From contig JAJZAK010000001.1 of the NCBI GenBank assembly GCA_021799485.1, positions 34,458 through 98,457 on the forward strand: a DNA stretch of 64,000 bases, written 5' to 3'. Under the pieces are notes generated by a model. It did no database searches. It had not been told where the DNA came from and worked only from the letters and a program-made list of their open reading frames with translations. Source of the DNA: a bacterium. GTDB taxonomy: Bacteria; Elusimicrobiota; Elusimicrobia; UBA1565; UBA9628. Position numbers and translations under genes: made by a program. Shown here piece after piece: positions 19,354 to 29,241 of the stretch (the first letter of the stretch is position 1; each line of letters starts with the position of its first letter).

Positions 19354-20210
19354 CAGGCGAGCTCCTTCAAGGCCTTCTCCAACTCGTCTTTCTTGGGCGC
19401 CTTGCCGTGCCAGGCGGGATCGTTTTCCATGAAGGACACCCCCTTGCCCTTGACGGTCCTCGCGACGATCATGTGGGGCCGTCCCGTGGCGCTTTTCAAG
19501 GCCGCATCGAAGGCGCGCTCCACCGCGGCGAAATCATGGCCGTCGATTTCAACGACATCCCAACCGAAGCTGCGGAATTTTTCCGGGAGCGGCTCGACGT
19601 TCATGACATCGCGGACGTGGCCGTCGATCTGGCCGCCGTTGGAGTCCACGATCGCGATGAGGCGGTCGAGCCCGAACTTGGGCGCCGCCATGAAGGCCTC
19701 CCAGCATTGGCCTTCCTGGAGCTCGCCGTCGCCCAGGATGGCGAAGACGCGGCAGCTCTTCCTGTCCATCCTCCCGGCCAGGGCCATCCCGATCGCGATG
19801 GAAAGTCCTTGGCCCAAGGAACCCGTCGAGGCCTCGATGCCGGGCAGGCGGAGGCGGTCGGGATGGCCTTGAACGGGACTTCCCAGCTTGCGCAGGGTCC
19901 AGAGCTCTTCCCTGGAGAAATAACCCGCGCGGGAGAGAACGGCGTAGAGAGCGGGACAGGCGTGCCCTTTCGATAGGACAAGACGGTCGCGATCCGGCCA
20001 ATCGGGGCGCTCGGGGTCGTGGCGCATGACACGCCAGTAAAGGACCGTCAATATATCGATGATGGAGAGGGATCCGCCGGGATGGCCGGAGCCCGCCTCA
20101 TAGATCATCGTCAGGATATCCCGCCGCATCTCGCGGGCCAGCGTCTTCAAATCCTGGCGCGCGGGCGATTTTCCGGCGGCAGGCGCCACGGCCGTTCTCT
20201 CGCGGCTCAC
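19353..20210 (-). CDS. Transketolase, N-terminal (TPP-binding) subunit
   Basis: SGHPGGSLS, LSKGHA, TGSLGQG, GDGELQEGQ, WHGKAP. Confidence 0.95.
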   Translation of the reverse strand: MSRERTAVAPAAGKSPARQDLKTLAREMRRDILTMIYEAGSGHPGGSLSIIDILTVLYWRVMRHDPERPDWPDRDRLVLSKGHACPALYAVLSRAGYFSREELWTLRKLGSPVQGHPDRLRLPGIEASTGSLGQGLSIAIGMALAGRMDRKSCRVFAILGDGELQEGQCWEAFMAAPKFGLDRLIAIVDSNGGQIDGHVRDVMNVEPLPEKFRSFGWDVVEIDGHDFAAVERAFDAALKSATGRPHMIVARTVKGKGVSFMENDPAWHGKAPKKDELEKALKELA

Positions 20211-20247
20211 AAGACGATTTTAGTAAATTTGATAGAATTCGCGCGCG

Positions 20248-21072
20248 ATGAGCTATGCGGACGCCGTGCGCCGAGCGGCCGGCTTCATCGCCGCCAGAGC
20301 GCGGAACGCCTCCCCCCGTCTGGGCCTCATTCTCGGAAGCGGGCTCTCGAGCGCCGCGCCCGAGCTTGAAGATCCGATCTCCATTTCTTACGGCGAGATT
20401 CCGGGCTTTCCCACGACCGGGGTGCCGGGACATGAGGGCGTCTTGATGATCGGCCGTCTGGGACGAGCCTCCGTCGCCATTCTCAAGGGACGCCTCCATT
20501 ATTACGAAGGCCACTCCATGGACGCCATCGCCTTTCCGACGCGCGTTCTGGGGAGTCTCGGGATCGAAACTCTCATCATCACGGCGGCCGTCGGCGCCGC
20601 GAAACCGAAGATGCGCCCCGGCCATCTGGTGATCCTCAAGGATCACGTCAACCTGATGGGCGTCAACCCCCTGCGCGGCTCCGACTCCGAAGTCTTCGGC
20701 CCCCTTTTCCCCGATCTGTCGGCGGTCTACGACCCGCAGCTCCGGAGCCTGGCGCTCAAGGCGGCCCGACGCAACCGCTTTCCCGTTCACGAAGGCGTCT
20801 ACGCGGCCTTGAGCGGACCCAGCTACGAGACCCCGGCCGAAGTCCGGGCCTACCGCCTATTGGGCGGGGACGTCGTGGGGATGTCCGTCGTCCCCGAGGC
20901 CGTCTGCGCCAAGCAAATGGGGCTCAAGGTCGCCGCCGTCGCCTGGGTCTCCAACATGGCGGCCGGGCTCTCCCGCGTCCCTCCCCGCCACGAGGAAGTC
21001 CTTGAAATCGGCCTGCGAATATCGGCGCGCCTCAAAAAGCTCCTCGAGGATTTCCTCCCCCAGTGCGCTTAA
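20248..21072 (+). CDS. punA: Purine nucleoside phosphorylase (PNP I/XapA type)
   Basis: ILGSGL, GRLHYYEG, GPSYETPAE, VGMS. Confidence 0.94.
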   Translation: MSYADAVRRAAGFIAARARNASPRLGLILGSGLSSAAPELEDPISISYGEIPGFPTTGVPGHEGVLMIGRLGRASVAILKGRLHYYEGHSMDAIAFPTRVLGSLGIETLIITAAVGAAKPKMRPGHLVILKDHVNLMGVNPLRGSDSEVFGPLFPDLSAVYDPQLRSLALKAARRNRFPVHEGVYAALSGPSYETPAEVRAYRLLGGDVVGMSVVPEAVCAKQMGLKVAAVAWVSNMAAGLSRVPPRHEEVLEIGLRISARLKKLLEDFLPQCA

Positions 21073-22370
21073 TCGACCTCATCGAGAAAAAAGCTCGCGG
21101 CGGCGGCCATACGATCGAAGAGCTCCGCTACATCGCGGACGCGGCGGCGACGGGCTCGGCGCCCGACTACCAACTGGCCTCCTGGCTGATGGCGGTGCGG
21201 CTGCGCGGGATGAGCGTCCCGGAGACGGCCGATCTGACCCTCGCCATGGCGGAGTCGGGCGACAGGCTTGATTTTTCCTCCCTTCCCGCTCCCAAGATCG
21301 ACAAGCATTCGACGGGCGGCGTCGGGGACGGGGTCTCGCTTTTGCTGGCGCCTCTCGCCGGCGCGGCGGGCCTCGCCGTTCCCATGATGAGCGGCCGCGG
21401 GCTGGGCCACACGGGCGGCACCTTGGACAAGCTCGAGTCCATACCGGGGCTGCGCGTCAAGCTTTCCGCCGCGGAAATCACGTCCCAAATGGCGCGCCTT
21501 GGAGTCTGCCTCTTCGGGCAGACGGAGACGCTCGCCCCCGCCGACCGGAAGCTCTACGCCCTGCGCGACGCGAGCGCGACGGTCGCCTCTCTTCCTCTCA
21601 TCGTCTCGAGCATCCTCTCGAAAAAGCTCGCCGAGGGCCTGGACGCCCTGGTTCTCGACGTCAAGGCAGGCTCCGGGGCGATTTTCGAGAGCTCCCGGCA
21701 GGGCCTCGAACTCGCGGCGTCCCTGATCCGCATCGCCAAGAGACTTCGCCTTAAGTGCGCGGCGCTCGTCACCGCGATGGACGAGCCGCTCGGCCTCGCG
21801 GTCGGCAACGCCATCGAGATGCGCCAGACGATCGAGATCTTGAACGGCCGCGAGGAGCCCAAGGATTTCATCGACTGCGCCCTGTCCCTGGGCGGCTGGA
21901 TGTCGTATCTCGGAGGCAGGACCAAAACACCCGCCGCGGGGCGCGCGCTCATGGCGGAGCGCCTCAAAAGCGGCGCGGCCCTCGACACCTTCAAGAAGAC
22001 CGTCGAGGCCCAAGGAGGAGACGCCGCCGTCCTCTCCTCCCCGGACAAATTGCCGCTTGCGCCGCTCACGCTCGATATCGTTTCGCCCCGCTCGGGCTTC
22101 ATCGCCCGTCTCGATGCCCGCGGGCTCGGCTTGGCGGGCGTGGCGCTCGGCGCCGGCCGCAACCGCCAGGAGGACCCCGTCGACCATGGCGCCGGCATCC
22201 GACTCTTGCGCAAGGTCGGAGCTTCGGTCAAGAAGGGAGAGCCCATCGCCCGTCTCCACGCGTCGACGCCCGGGAAGCTCGAGGAAGGCGCGCGGATCGT
22301 GGAAAAGGCCGTCGCCGTCCAGACGGCCAAGCCCCGCCCGCGGCCGCTCATACTCAGGATACTAAGGTAA
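21063..22370 (+). CDS. pdp: Pyrimidine-nucleoside/thymidine phosphorylase
   Basis: DKHSTGGVGD, SGRGLGHTGGTLDKLESIPG, SILSKK. Confidence 0.95.
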   Translation: MRLIDLIEKKARGGGHTIEELRYIADAAATGSAPDYQLASWLMAVRLRGMSVPETADLTLAMAESGDRLDFSSLPAPKIDKHSTGGVGDGVSLLLAPLAGAAGLAVPMMSGRGLGHTGGTLDKLESIPGLRVKLSAAEITSQMARLGVCLFGQTETLAPADRKLYALRDASATVASLPLIVSSILSKKLAEGLDALVLDVKAGSGAIFESSRQGLELAASLIRIAKRLRLKCAALVTAMDEPLGLAVGNAIEMRQTIEILNGREEPKDFIDCALSLGGWMSYLGGRTKTPAAGRALMAERLKSGAALDTFKKTVEAQGGDAAVLSSPDKLPLAPLTLDIVSPRSGFIARLDARGLGLAGVALGAGRNRQEDPVDHGAGIRLLRKVGASVKKGEPIARLHASTPGKLEEGARIVEKAVAVQTAKPRPRPLILRILR

Positions 22371-22380
22371 GGAATAGAAC

Positions 22381-23016
22381 ATGCCCCGCCAACTCACCGT
22401 CTGCGACCATCCGCTGCTTCAAGACAAGCTCGCCCGGCTGCGCGACCGCTCGACCTCGCCCAAGGCCTTCCGCCGGCTCATGACCGAGTCGGGGACCATC
22501 CTGGGGCTCGAGGCTCTGCGCTCCATGAAGACCCGCAAGGCCTCCGTGCGCACGCCGCTCGCGAGCGCGCCCGGAAGGGTCGAGGACGAGCCCGTGGCGG
22601 TGGTCGCCGTCCTGCGCGCGGGGCTGGGCCTCGTGCCCGGCCTCCTGCGCCTTGTCCCCCACGCCGCGATCGGGCATATCGGGCTCTACCGCAACGAGGA
22701 GACCTTGAATCCCGTGCGCTACTACGTGCGGCTCCCCAAAAATCTGCGCGCCTACAACGTGCTGCTCTGCGACCCGATGCTGGCGACCGGCGGCTCGGCC
22801 TGCGAGGCGCTCTCCATCCTCAAGAATTCCGGAGCGCGCAAGATTTCGCTTCTCTCCGTCATCGCCGCGAAGGCGGGGGCCGCGCGCGTGGCCTCCCATC
22901 ATCCCGACGTCCGGGTCTACACCGCCGGCCTTGATCCCAAGCTCAACGAGGCGGGCTTCATCGTGCCGGGGCTTGGAGACGCGGGGGACCGTCTCTTCGG
23001 GACGCTGGAGGATTAG
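22381..23016 (+). CDS. upp: Uracil phosphoribosyltransferase
   Basis: VLRAG, DPMLATGGS, IVPGLGDAGDR. Confidence 0.96.
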   Translation: MPRQLTVCDHPLLQDKLARLRDRSTSPKAFRRLMTESGTILGLEALRSMKTRKASVRTPLASAPGRVEDEPVAVVAVLRAGLGLVPGLLRLVPHAAIGHIGLYRNEETLNPVRYYVRLPKNLRAYNVLLCDPMLATGGSACEALSILKNSGARKISLLSVIAAKAGAARVASHHPDVRVYTAGLDPKLNEAGFIVPGLGDAGDRLFGTLED

Positions 23017-23050
23017 CGGAAGGCGTCTTTCTCCGCTTTTGGCGGCTTGC

Positions 23051-23758
23051 CTAAGCCCTGAGCCCCGCGAGGCGCTTGAGACCCTCGGGATCGAGGACGA
23101 GGATGTCCTTCTCTTTTTTACGGACCAAGCCCTTCTCCTCGAAGGACTTGATGGCGCGCACGACCGTCTCGACCGTCAGCCCCGACATGTCGGCCAGGTC
23201 CCGGCGCTTGGCGCCCGAGACCACGGGATGGGACTTGCCCGGCCGCATGAGACGCAGGAGCGTGTCCGCGAGCCTCCCGCGGGCGGGCTTATAGGCGATG
23301 TCGCGAGCCTTATTCTCGCCGCGCCGCACGTCCTGGGCGAGGGCGCGGAGAAGCCCCAGCGAAGCATAGGGAAACTTCATGAGGAAGTTAAAGAACGTGC
23401 GTTCGTCGACCATGGAAACGATGCTCGGCTGCATGGCGGCCGCGGTCGAGCTGTAGGGCCCTTCCTTCGCGAGCAGCGTGACATGGCCCAAGAGATCGCC
23501 CGGCGATTCGATGCGGGTGATGAGCTCCTGGCCTTGGCGGCTTGATTTCGCGATCTTGACCTTGCCCGTGCAGACGACGTAGACCCCGAGGGGCTGGGTG
23601 CCCTCATGAAAGACGACCTCGCCGGCGCCGAAGGAATTGGCGACGCGCATCTGGCGCCAGATCCTTTTCGCCTGCTTGGTTCCCAGCAGATTGTAAAGGC
23701 AGTTCTTCTGGTAGGGGCACCACTCGCAGTTGGGAGCCTCGCGCTTGGAGAAAGCCAT
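23051..23758 (-). CDS. Crp/Fnr-family regulator with N-terminal Cys cluster
   Basis: CEWC-x5-C, cNMP-type beta barrel, HTH RRDLADMSGLTVETVVR. Confidence 0.9.
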   Translation of the reverse strand: MAFSKREAPNCEWCPYQKNCLYNLLGTKQAKRIWRQMRVANSFGAGEVVFHEGTQPLGVYVVCTGKVKIAKSSRQGQELITRIESPGDLLGHVTLLAKEGPYSSTAAAMQPSIVSMVDERTFFNFLMKFPYASLGLLRALAQDVRRGENKARDIAYKPARGRLADTLLRLMRPGKSHPVVSGAKRRDLADMSGLTVETVVRAIKSFEEKGLVRKKEKDILVLDPEGLKRLAGLRA

Positions 23759-23821
23759 GGCTGTTTTTATTCTCGCATTTTCGGGACCGGCCAAGGCAAC
23801 TTGGTATAATTTCGCGCGTTT

Positions 23822-23900
23822 GGTGGCTGTAGCTCAGCCCGGTTAGAGCGTTCGGCTGTGAACCGAAAGGCCGCGGGTTCAAATCCCGTCAGCCACCCCA
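23822..23900 (+). tRNA. tRNA-His (GTG)
   Basis: Cloverleaf with G-1, anticodon arm ttcgg-ctGTGaa-ccgaa, GGTTCAAATCC, encoded CCA; TGGTATAAT -10 upstream. Confidence 0.96.
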
Positions 23901-23920
23901 TTTTCGGTTTCGGGCGTAGA

Positions 23921-23963
23921 GAACCTCGCAATCCCCTTGAGATTTAAGGGTTTTGCGGGGTTC
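23921..23963. terminator. Long hairpin downstream of tRNA-His
   Basis: gaacctcgcaatccccttga / ttaagggttttgcggggttc inverted repeat. Confidence 0.5.
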
Positions 23964-24168
23964 TAACCGTTTCATGGAGGGCCTGGACCTCGGGCGCGAA
24001 CTCGGGAAAGAGGGCCAGCGGCTTTTGCATTTGGATTTCAAGCGTTCTATCGCGCAATACAATGTTCGAACCGAGACAGGAAAGGATTTCCCGTTTGACG
24101 GCCAAATCGCCCGTCTCAAAGCGTTTTCGGGCCGTTTCCGCGAAGGATAGGAGCTTGTCGGCAGCCTG

Positions 24169-24903
24169 TTAGCGGAAGCCCGCGGCGAGCCGTTTGACGA
24201 GATCCGGCGGGTAGCCGATATCCAAGACTTTGAGCTCCCCCACGTAGCGCTTCGCATGCGCCGCGAGAAGGCCTTTCTTGGCGAGGCCGATCGTCAGCGT
24301 GAGGGACGCCGTGATGAAGACCCCGCTGTGGTAGCCCGTGTCGGGATCGAGGCCCGAGGGAATGTCCAGGGCGACCACCGGTTTTTTCGATTGCGCGATC
24401 GCCTGGATCATGCGGCGAGCGGGACCGGCAGGCTTTCCCGTCGTGCCCGTCCCGAGAAGGGCGTCGAGCACCGCCGTCGAGCGATCGAGGGCCTGGGCCA
24501 AGGCCTCGAAGCCGTTCGAGACATGCTCGACCTGGACGCCCGATTCCTTCGCGAGCGCCAGCGCCCGCTCGACCGGCGCGGGATAGCCGCCGTCCGCCTT
24601 GGGCGGGATCATGAAAACGGGTGCGTCCACTCCGTTTTCCTTGAGATATCGGGCCGCCACGAGGCCATCGCCGCCGTTGGACCCTCTTCCCGCGGCAACG
24701 GCCACCGTCGCTCCCGCGGGCGAGATCCCCAGCGTCCCCTTGAGGAAATCGAGAACTCCCAGGGCGACGGCCTTTCCCGCCTTGTCCATGAGCGCGGCAG
24801 CATCGAGCCCCTTCTCCGCCGCCAAGCGGTCCAACTCGCGCATGAAGGCCGACGTCGCGACGGGAAGGCCTTCGTGCTCCGTCGGGATCGCGGCCTTGGG
24901 CAT
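24169..24903 (-). CDS. nnrE: NAD(P)H-hydrate epimerase (stand-alone YjeF-N domain)
   Basis: LMDKAG, GSNGGDGLVAAR, DALLGTG, ALDIPSG. Confidence 0.92.
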   Translation of the reverse strand: MPKAAIPTEHEGLPVATSAFMRELDRLAAEKGLDAAALMDKAGKAVALGVLDFLKGTLGISPAGATVAVAAGRGSNGGDGLVAARYLKENGVDAPVFMIPPKADGGYPAPVERALALAKESGVQVEHVSNGFEALAQALDRSTAVLDALLGTGTTGKPAGPARRMIQAIAQSKKPVVALDIPSGLDPDTGYHSGVFITASLTLTIGLAKKGLLAAHAKRYVGELKVLDIGYPPDLVKRLAAGFR

Positions 24904-24915
24904 CCTGCGTCGACG

Positions 24916-25488
24916 CTAAAAATGCCGCGTCAGGGCGATGACCGCCGCGCCGACGAGCGCTCCGACGGCAATCAAAAGAAGAAGGAAGAGGATGATGACG
25001 GGCGAGAGGAGGGCGAAAAGCGATTTTCCCCAGCTCACCCGATAGCCCTCCTTGACGAACTTGGCCTGGAGGATGAACCGCGTCACCCAAACGGCGCCGA
25101 TGGCGACCAGGGCCTCGACGCTTCCCAACGGCCACAGCAGACGAGCGCACAGCGACAACGGGAGCGCCAACGCCCATACGCAGTCCGCCGCGCCGAGAAG
25201 ATTAAAGAGGTCGAGCGCCCTTCCGCCGCCGCCCAGGACTTCGAGGATCATGTTGAGCCAGGCGCTCAGGAAAAAACCGGCCGCCACGTGCAGAAGTCCC
25301 GACGCGATGAACCCCGCAACGGAGAAATGCCCGGCGCCGGCCAAAGCCGCCGCGACGTAGTAATTGGCCCCGCCGAAGAAAAATCCGGCCAAGCCCAACC
25401 AAGCCGGCGGCGACTGGAAGAAAAGGCCCGCGCCCTCCCCTGGATTCTCCAGGTAGACCGACAAGGTCCGCGAGGCGCCGCTCGTCAA
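24916..25488 (-). CDS. Hydrophobic membrane protein (YIP1-like)
   Basis: About five TM segments; in line with sppA and nnrE; start uncertain. Confidence 0.6.
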   Translation of the reverse strand: MTSGASRTLSVYLENPGEGAGLFFQSPPAWLGLAGFFFGGANYYVAAALAGAGHFSVAGFIASGLLHVAAGFFLSAWLNMILEVLGGGGRALDLFNLLGAADCVWALALPLSLCARLLWPLGSVEALVAIGAVWVTRFILQAKFVKEGYRVSWGKSLFALLSPVIILFLLLLIAVGALVGAAVIALTRHF

Positions 25489-25504
25489 GACGACCTTGCC
25501 TCGC

Positions 25505-26554
25505 TCAATCGACGCCGAAGCCCGGCCACCTGTATTCGAGGCCGCGGACGCTCGCGGAAGACGGGGCCTCGCCCTTGGCGAGACGGGAAAGCAGCCGCAC
25601 GAAACCGTTGTCGCTCCCCTCGTTGATTCCGATAAGATCGAGGATCTGGGAATATTTCTCGGGGATCACATGCGGCTTCCCGGGAATGCCCGCCAGCTGC
25701 CCGGCAAGACGGATGGCCTCCTCGGAGTCGCCCAGCTTGTCGACGAGCCCCACCTTCAAGGCCTGCTGTCCGGTGAAGATGCGGCCGTCGGCCAGAGGCT
25801 TGAGGGCCGGGATCGCGATCTTGCGGCCCAGCGACACGGCTTGCAGGAACTGGCCGTAGGCGTCGTCGATCATGGCCTGCAGGATCCGCCTTTCGCCGGG
25901 AGTCATCGCGCGCGCGGGAGATCCGATGTCCTTATATTTGCCGGACTTGATGGCGACCAGCTTGAAGCCGATCTTGTTGAAGAGCCCCGCGAGGTCGGCC
26001 GCGTCGAAGATGACCCCGATCGAGCCGGTCAAGCTCCCTGGATGCGCGACGATCTTGTCGCAGGCGGAGGCTATATAGTACCCGCCCGAAGCCGCGACGT
26101 CGTCGAACATCGCGATGAAGGGAATTTTTTTCTTGCGGCGGATTCGCATGATTTCGCCGTAAATCTCCTGCACCGCGCCGACCGAGCCGCCGGGCGAGTT
26201 GATGTCGAGGATGATCGCCTTGACTCCCTTCGTCTTGGAAAGAACCTCGATGCGGCGGCGCCAATCGGACGTCCCGCTCTCCCAAAAGCGCCCGCCCTCC
26301 GAGGTGGTGATCACGCCGTGAATCGTCACCCACCCGACGGAGTTGGGCGCGGCCGAAAAGGGAAGGAAGGCCCCTCCCCCGTCTCCGTCGCTCGCCGCGG
26401 GCCGCGAGCGCAGAAGGATCGCGACGGCCGCTATCAGGGAAAATCCGTAGAGGGAAGCGAGAATCCAGAAGGCGCGCCGGAGCGGCGGCGGCATCCCCCG
26501 CTGCCGCGGCGCGGATGTCTCGGTCGGTTGGGTCTGCGGGGGCGTTTCGTCCAT
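25505..26554 (-). CDS. sppA: Signal peptide peptidase SppA (36K type)
   Basis: INSPGGS, AASGGYYIA, TGSIGV, GKYKD, GRIFTGQQA. Confidence 0.94.
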   Translation of the reverse strand: MDETPPQTQPTETSAPRQRGMPPPLRRAFWILASLYGFSLIAAVAILLRSRPAASDGDGGGAFLPFSAAPNSVGWVTIHGVITTSEGGRFWESGTSDWRRRIEVLSKTKGVKAIILDINSPGGSVGAVQEIYGEIMRIRRKKKIPFIAMFDDVAASGGYYIASACDKIVAHPGSLTGSIGVIFDAADLAGLFNKIGFKLVAIKSGKYKDIGSPARAMTPGERRILQAMIDDAYGQFLQAVSLGRKIAIPALKPLADGRIFTGQQALKVGLVDKLGDSEEAIRLAGQLAGIPGKPHVIPEKYSQILDLIGINEGSDNGFVRLLSRLAKGEAPSSASVRGLEYRWPGFGVD

Positions 26555-26628
26555 GTTCCTCGTCTTTTAAGGCTTTTAACGGCGAGCCATGCGATTATAA
26601 CTTTTTACGGCTCTCGGCGACGCAAGTC

Positions 26629-27909
26629 CTAAATTTTCGCGGCGTCGACCACGCGGTTGCGGCCAGACGACTTGGCGCGGTAAAGCGCGGAGTCGGCCCG
26701 CGCGACGAGATCCTCGGGGGTAGACGCGTCCCGCGGGAAAAAGGCGAGGCCGATCGACGCCGTGACCTCGACGGCATCGAGGCCGACCGCCAGGCGCTCC
26801 GCCTCGATCGTCCGGCGAACCGCCTCCGCTTTGCGCGCGACGCCCTCGGCGTCCGCGCGGGGCAGGATCACCGCGAACTCCTCGCCTCCATAGCGCGCCA
26901 CGTAGTCCGTCTCGTAGAAGGAGCCGTTCAATATTTCGCCGATGCGCTTGAGAACCCGGTCGCCGAAAGGATGGCCGTAGCGGTCGTTAAGTTGCTTGAA
27001 ATGGTCGATATCGAGAATCATGAGCGCGCAGGGGGCTTTGAACGTCCGCGCGCGGGCGACTTCATAGCGGATCCTTTCCTCGAAGTCACCCCTCCGGTGG
27101 ACCCCCGTCAGGCCGTCCAGGCGAGAGAGGTTCTCCACCTCCTGGAATAGTCTGATGCGGCGGAAGGCGAAAGAGACTTCGGAAACGAAGGTTCCCGCCT
27201 TCGAAAGAAGCCCCGCGGGATCTCCGCCTCGCGGGATCCGAGCGTAAAAATACCCCAGCGTCTCCTCTCCTTCGGCGATAGGAAGCCCCATCGCCAGCTC
27301 GGGCTTGCGAAGAACCTGGGGCCGGGCCAAGTCCAATCCCTGCTCTTGAAGGCAGCGAGAGAGAGTGGCCCACGACCCTCCGGGAGACCCCTCCAGGCGC
27401 CGCAGGGACACAAGGCGGGGCAGGCGGCCATCCTCGGAGGCGGCGTAGAGGGCGAACTCCTCGACGCCTAGATACCCGGCGGCGGCGCCCTCCAGCTTGG
27501 GGCGGATTTCAGCCCAGCTCAAGGCTTCCGGAAGGGTCTTGGCGAGGTCATAGAGAACAAGGGTCTCCTTCTCTTCCTGGTCCGTCTTCAGGCCCAGGGC
27601 CTTGGCCTCGGCCAGGGCCGCCTTCGCCTGTTCGACCCTCTCGCCGACGGCGCCGCGCTCGCCGCGCAGGGCCGAGGAGCGGCCCGCGGCGCGCATCACG
27701 CTCGCGAGCGCGGCGGCGGCCAAAAGGGAATCCGCCGTCCCGGCCGCGAGCCCCGACGGGCCGGCGGCGAGAAACGCGGCCGCGAAGGCCGCCCCGGCCG
27801 CGAGCGCGAAACCCAGGACTCCGGCCCAAGGCTTGCGCCCAAGTCCCATGAAGATGATCATCGCCGCGAGAAAGGGCGCGAGCGCCGAGAGCAAGAGGCC
27901 GGCCGTCAT
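26629..27909 (-). CDS. Membrane diguanylate cyclase (GGEEF, no RxxD I-site)
   Basis: N-terminal TMs; DGLTG, DIDHFK, YETDYVARYGGEEF. Confidence 0.9.
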   Translation of the reverse strand: MTAGLLLSALAPFLAAMIIFMGLGRKPWAGVLGFALAAGAAFAAAFLAAGPSGLAAGTADSLLAAAALASVMRAAGRSSALRGERGAVGERVEQAKAALAEAKALGLKTDQEEKETLVLYDLAKTLPEALSWAEIRPKLEGAAAGYLGVEEFALYAASEDGRLPRLVSLRRLEGSPGGSWATLSRCLQEQGLDLARPQVLRKPELAMGLPIAEGEETLGYFYARIPRGGDPAGLLSKAGTFVSEVSFAFRRIRLFQEVENLSRLDGLTGVHRRGDFEERIRYEVARARTFKAPCALMILDIDHFKQLNDRYGHPFGDRVLKRIGEILNGSFYETDYVARYGGEEFAVILPRADAEGVARKAEAVRRTIEAERLAVGLDAVEVTASIGLAFFPRDASTPEDLVARADSALYRAKSSGRNRVVDAAKI

Positions 27910-29234
27910 CGTCCCTGGGTCCTGTTGCGGCCGGCGTGCTTGGCCCGGTAGAGGCGCTCATCCGCCGCGCGCACGAATTGGCTCTCGATCGCCGCGTCCT
28001 CCGGGAAGACGGCGACGCCGAGGCTCACCGTGACGCGGCTCGCTTCCCCCTTGAAGACAAAGACCTCGCGGGAGATCGCCTGGCGCGCGCTCTCCGCGAG
28101 CGCGTAGGCCTCCGCGTAGGGCAGTTGAGGCAGGAGCAGGCAGAACTCCTCCCCTCCGTACCGCGCCGCCATATCCACGTCCCGAATATGCTTGAAAAGG
28201 ACCGATGACACGCGCTTCAAGAGCTCGTCGCCGGCCTGGTGGCCGTAGCGGTCGTTGTAGGACTTGAAGTGGTCGATGTCGATCATGACGAGGGAAAGCG
28301 GCAAGCGCGTCCGCCCCGCGCGCAGGACCTCCTCATGAAGCCTCTCGTCGAAGGCTTTCCGGCTGTAGAGCTGGGTGAGGGCGTCGTGCACGGCCTGAGA
28401 GCGGATGCGCTCGTAAAGAATGATGTTCTCGAGGCTCAGGCCCGCGAGAGTCGCGAGGAGATCGGCGCCCTTGAGTTCGGGTTCCGAGAAAGCCGCCGGC
28501 TTCGGCGACGAAATCTTGACGTAGCCCGCCGGCTCCCGGCTCACGCGAAGCGGAAGGACCATCGCGGAACGGACGCCCCCCTCCGCGCCGCGCAGGCGCT
28601 CGTCCGCCGCGGCGTCGGAGACGAGGAGGGGCCGCCGGCTCGCGGCCGAAAGGCGCAGGAACGGGTCCGCCCCCTCCTCTCCTTTAAACTCGACCGCGGC
28701 TCCGGGGAAGCGATCGCCCAGAATCTCCCCCAGCTTGCGAAAGACCTCCTCCCGGCTCAAGCTCCGGCCGAGGATCTTCGCGCTCTGGGCCATATCGCGC
28801 CTTAATTGAATGCGCGCGGCGGCCTCCCGATGCCGGCTCCGATAGTAGTCGAGGCCGCGTTCGGCCTCCTTGATTTCCCTTAAATCCGCGTCCGCCTCGG
28901 CGGCGAGCCTGGCCTCCTCGCGCCCGAGAGCCCCCCGCGATTCCGAGAGGGCCCAGCTCAAAATCCAGAGCCCGGCGGTGTCCAGGCCCACCGCGATCGC
29001 CGCCGGCCCTTCCAGGGAGCGCGCGAGGGATATCCCGGCACCTGTCGACAGGACGAGGAACAAAACGACCAGCTCCGACTGCCCCGCGCCGTCGCACCAG
29101 AAAAAAAGAAGCCCATAGGCAGGGAAGACGGCCGCGGCGAGATCGCGGCGAGCGAAGAGAAGCCAGGAGAGGCCCACGAAAAAGAGACCCGCGACGAGGA
29201 AGTTCGCGGCTTTTTTCTGTGGCATGAGCGGCAC
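27906..29234 (-). CDS. Membrane GAF-GGDEF diguanylate cyclase (RxxD I-site present)
   Basis: TMs, GAF-like region, DIDHFKSYND, RDVDMAARYGGEEF. Confidence 0.9.
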   Translation of the reverse strand: MPLMPQKKAANFLVAGLFFVGLSWLLFARRDLAAAVFPAYGLLFFWCDGAGQSELVVLFLVLSTGAGISLARSLEGPAAIAVGLDTAGLWILSWALSESRGALGREEARLAAEADADLREIKEAERGLDYYRSRHREAAARIQLRRDMAQSAKILGRSLSREEVFRKLGEILGDRFPGAAVEFKGEEGADPFLRLSAASRRPLLVSDAAADERLRGAEGGVRSAMVLPLRVSREPAGYVKISSPKPAAFSEPELKGADLLATLAGLSLENIILYERIRSQAVHDALTQLYSRKAFDERLHEEVLRAGRTRLPLSLVMIDIDHFKSYNDRYGHQAGDELLKRVSSVLFKHIRDVDMAARYGGEEFCLLLPQLPYAEAYALAESARQAISREVFVFKGEASRVTVSLGVAVFPEDAAIESQFVRAADERLYRAKHAGRNRTQGR

Positions 29235-29241
29235 GTTAAAT

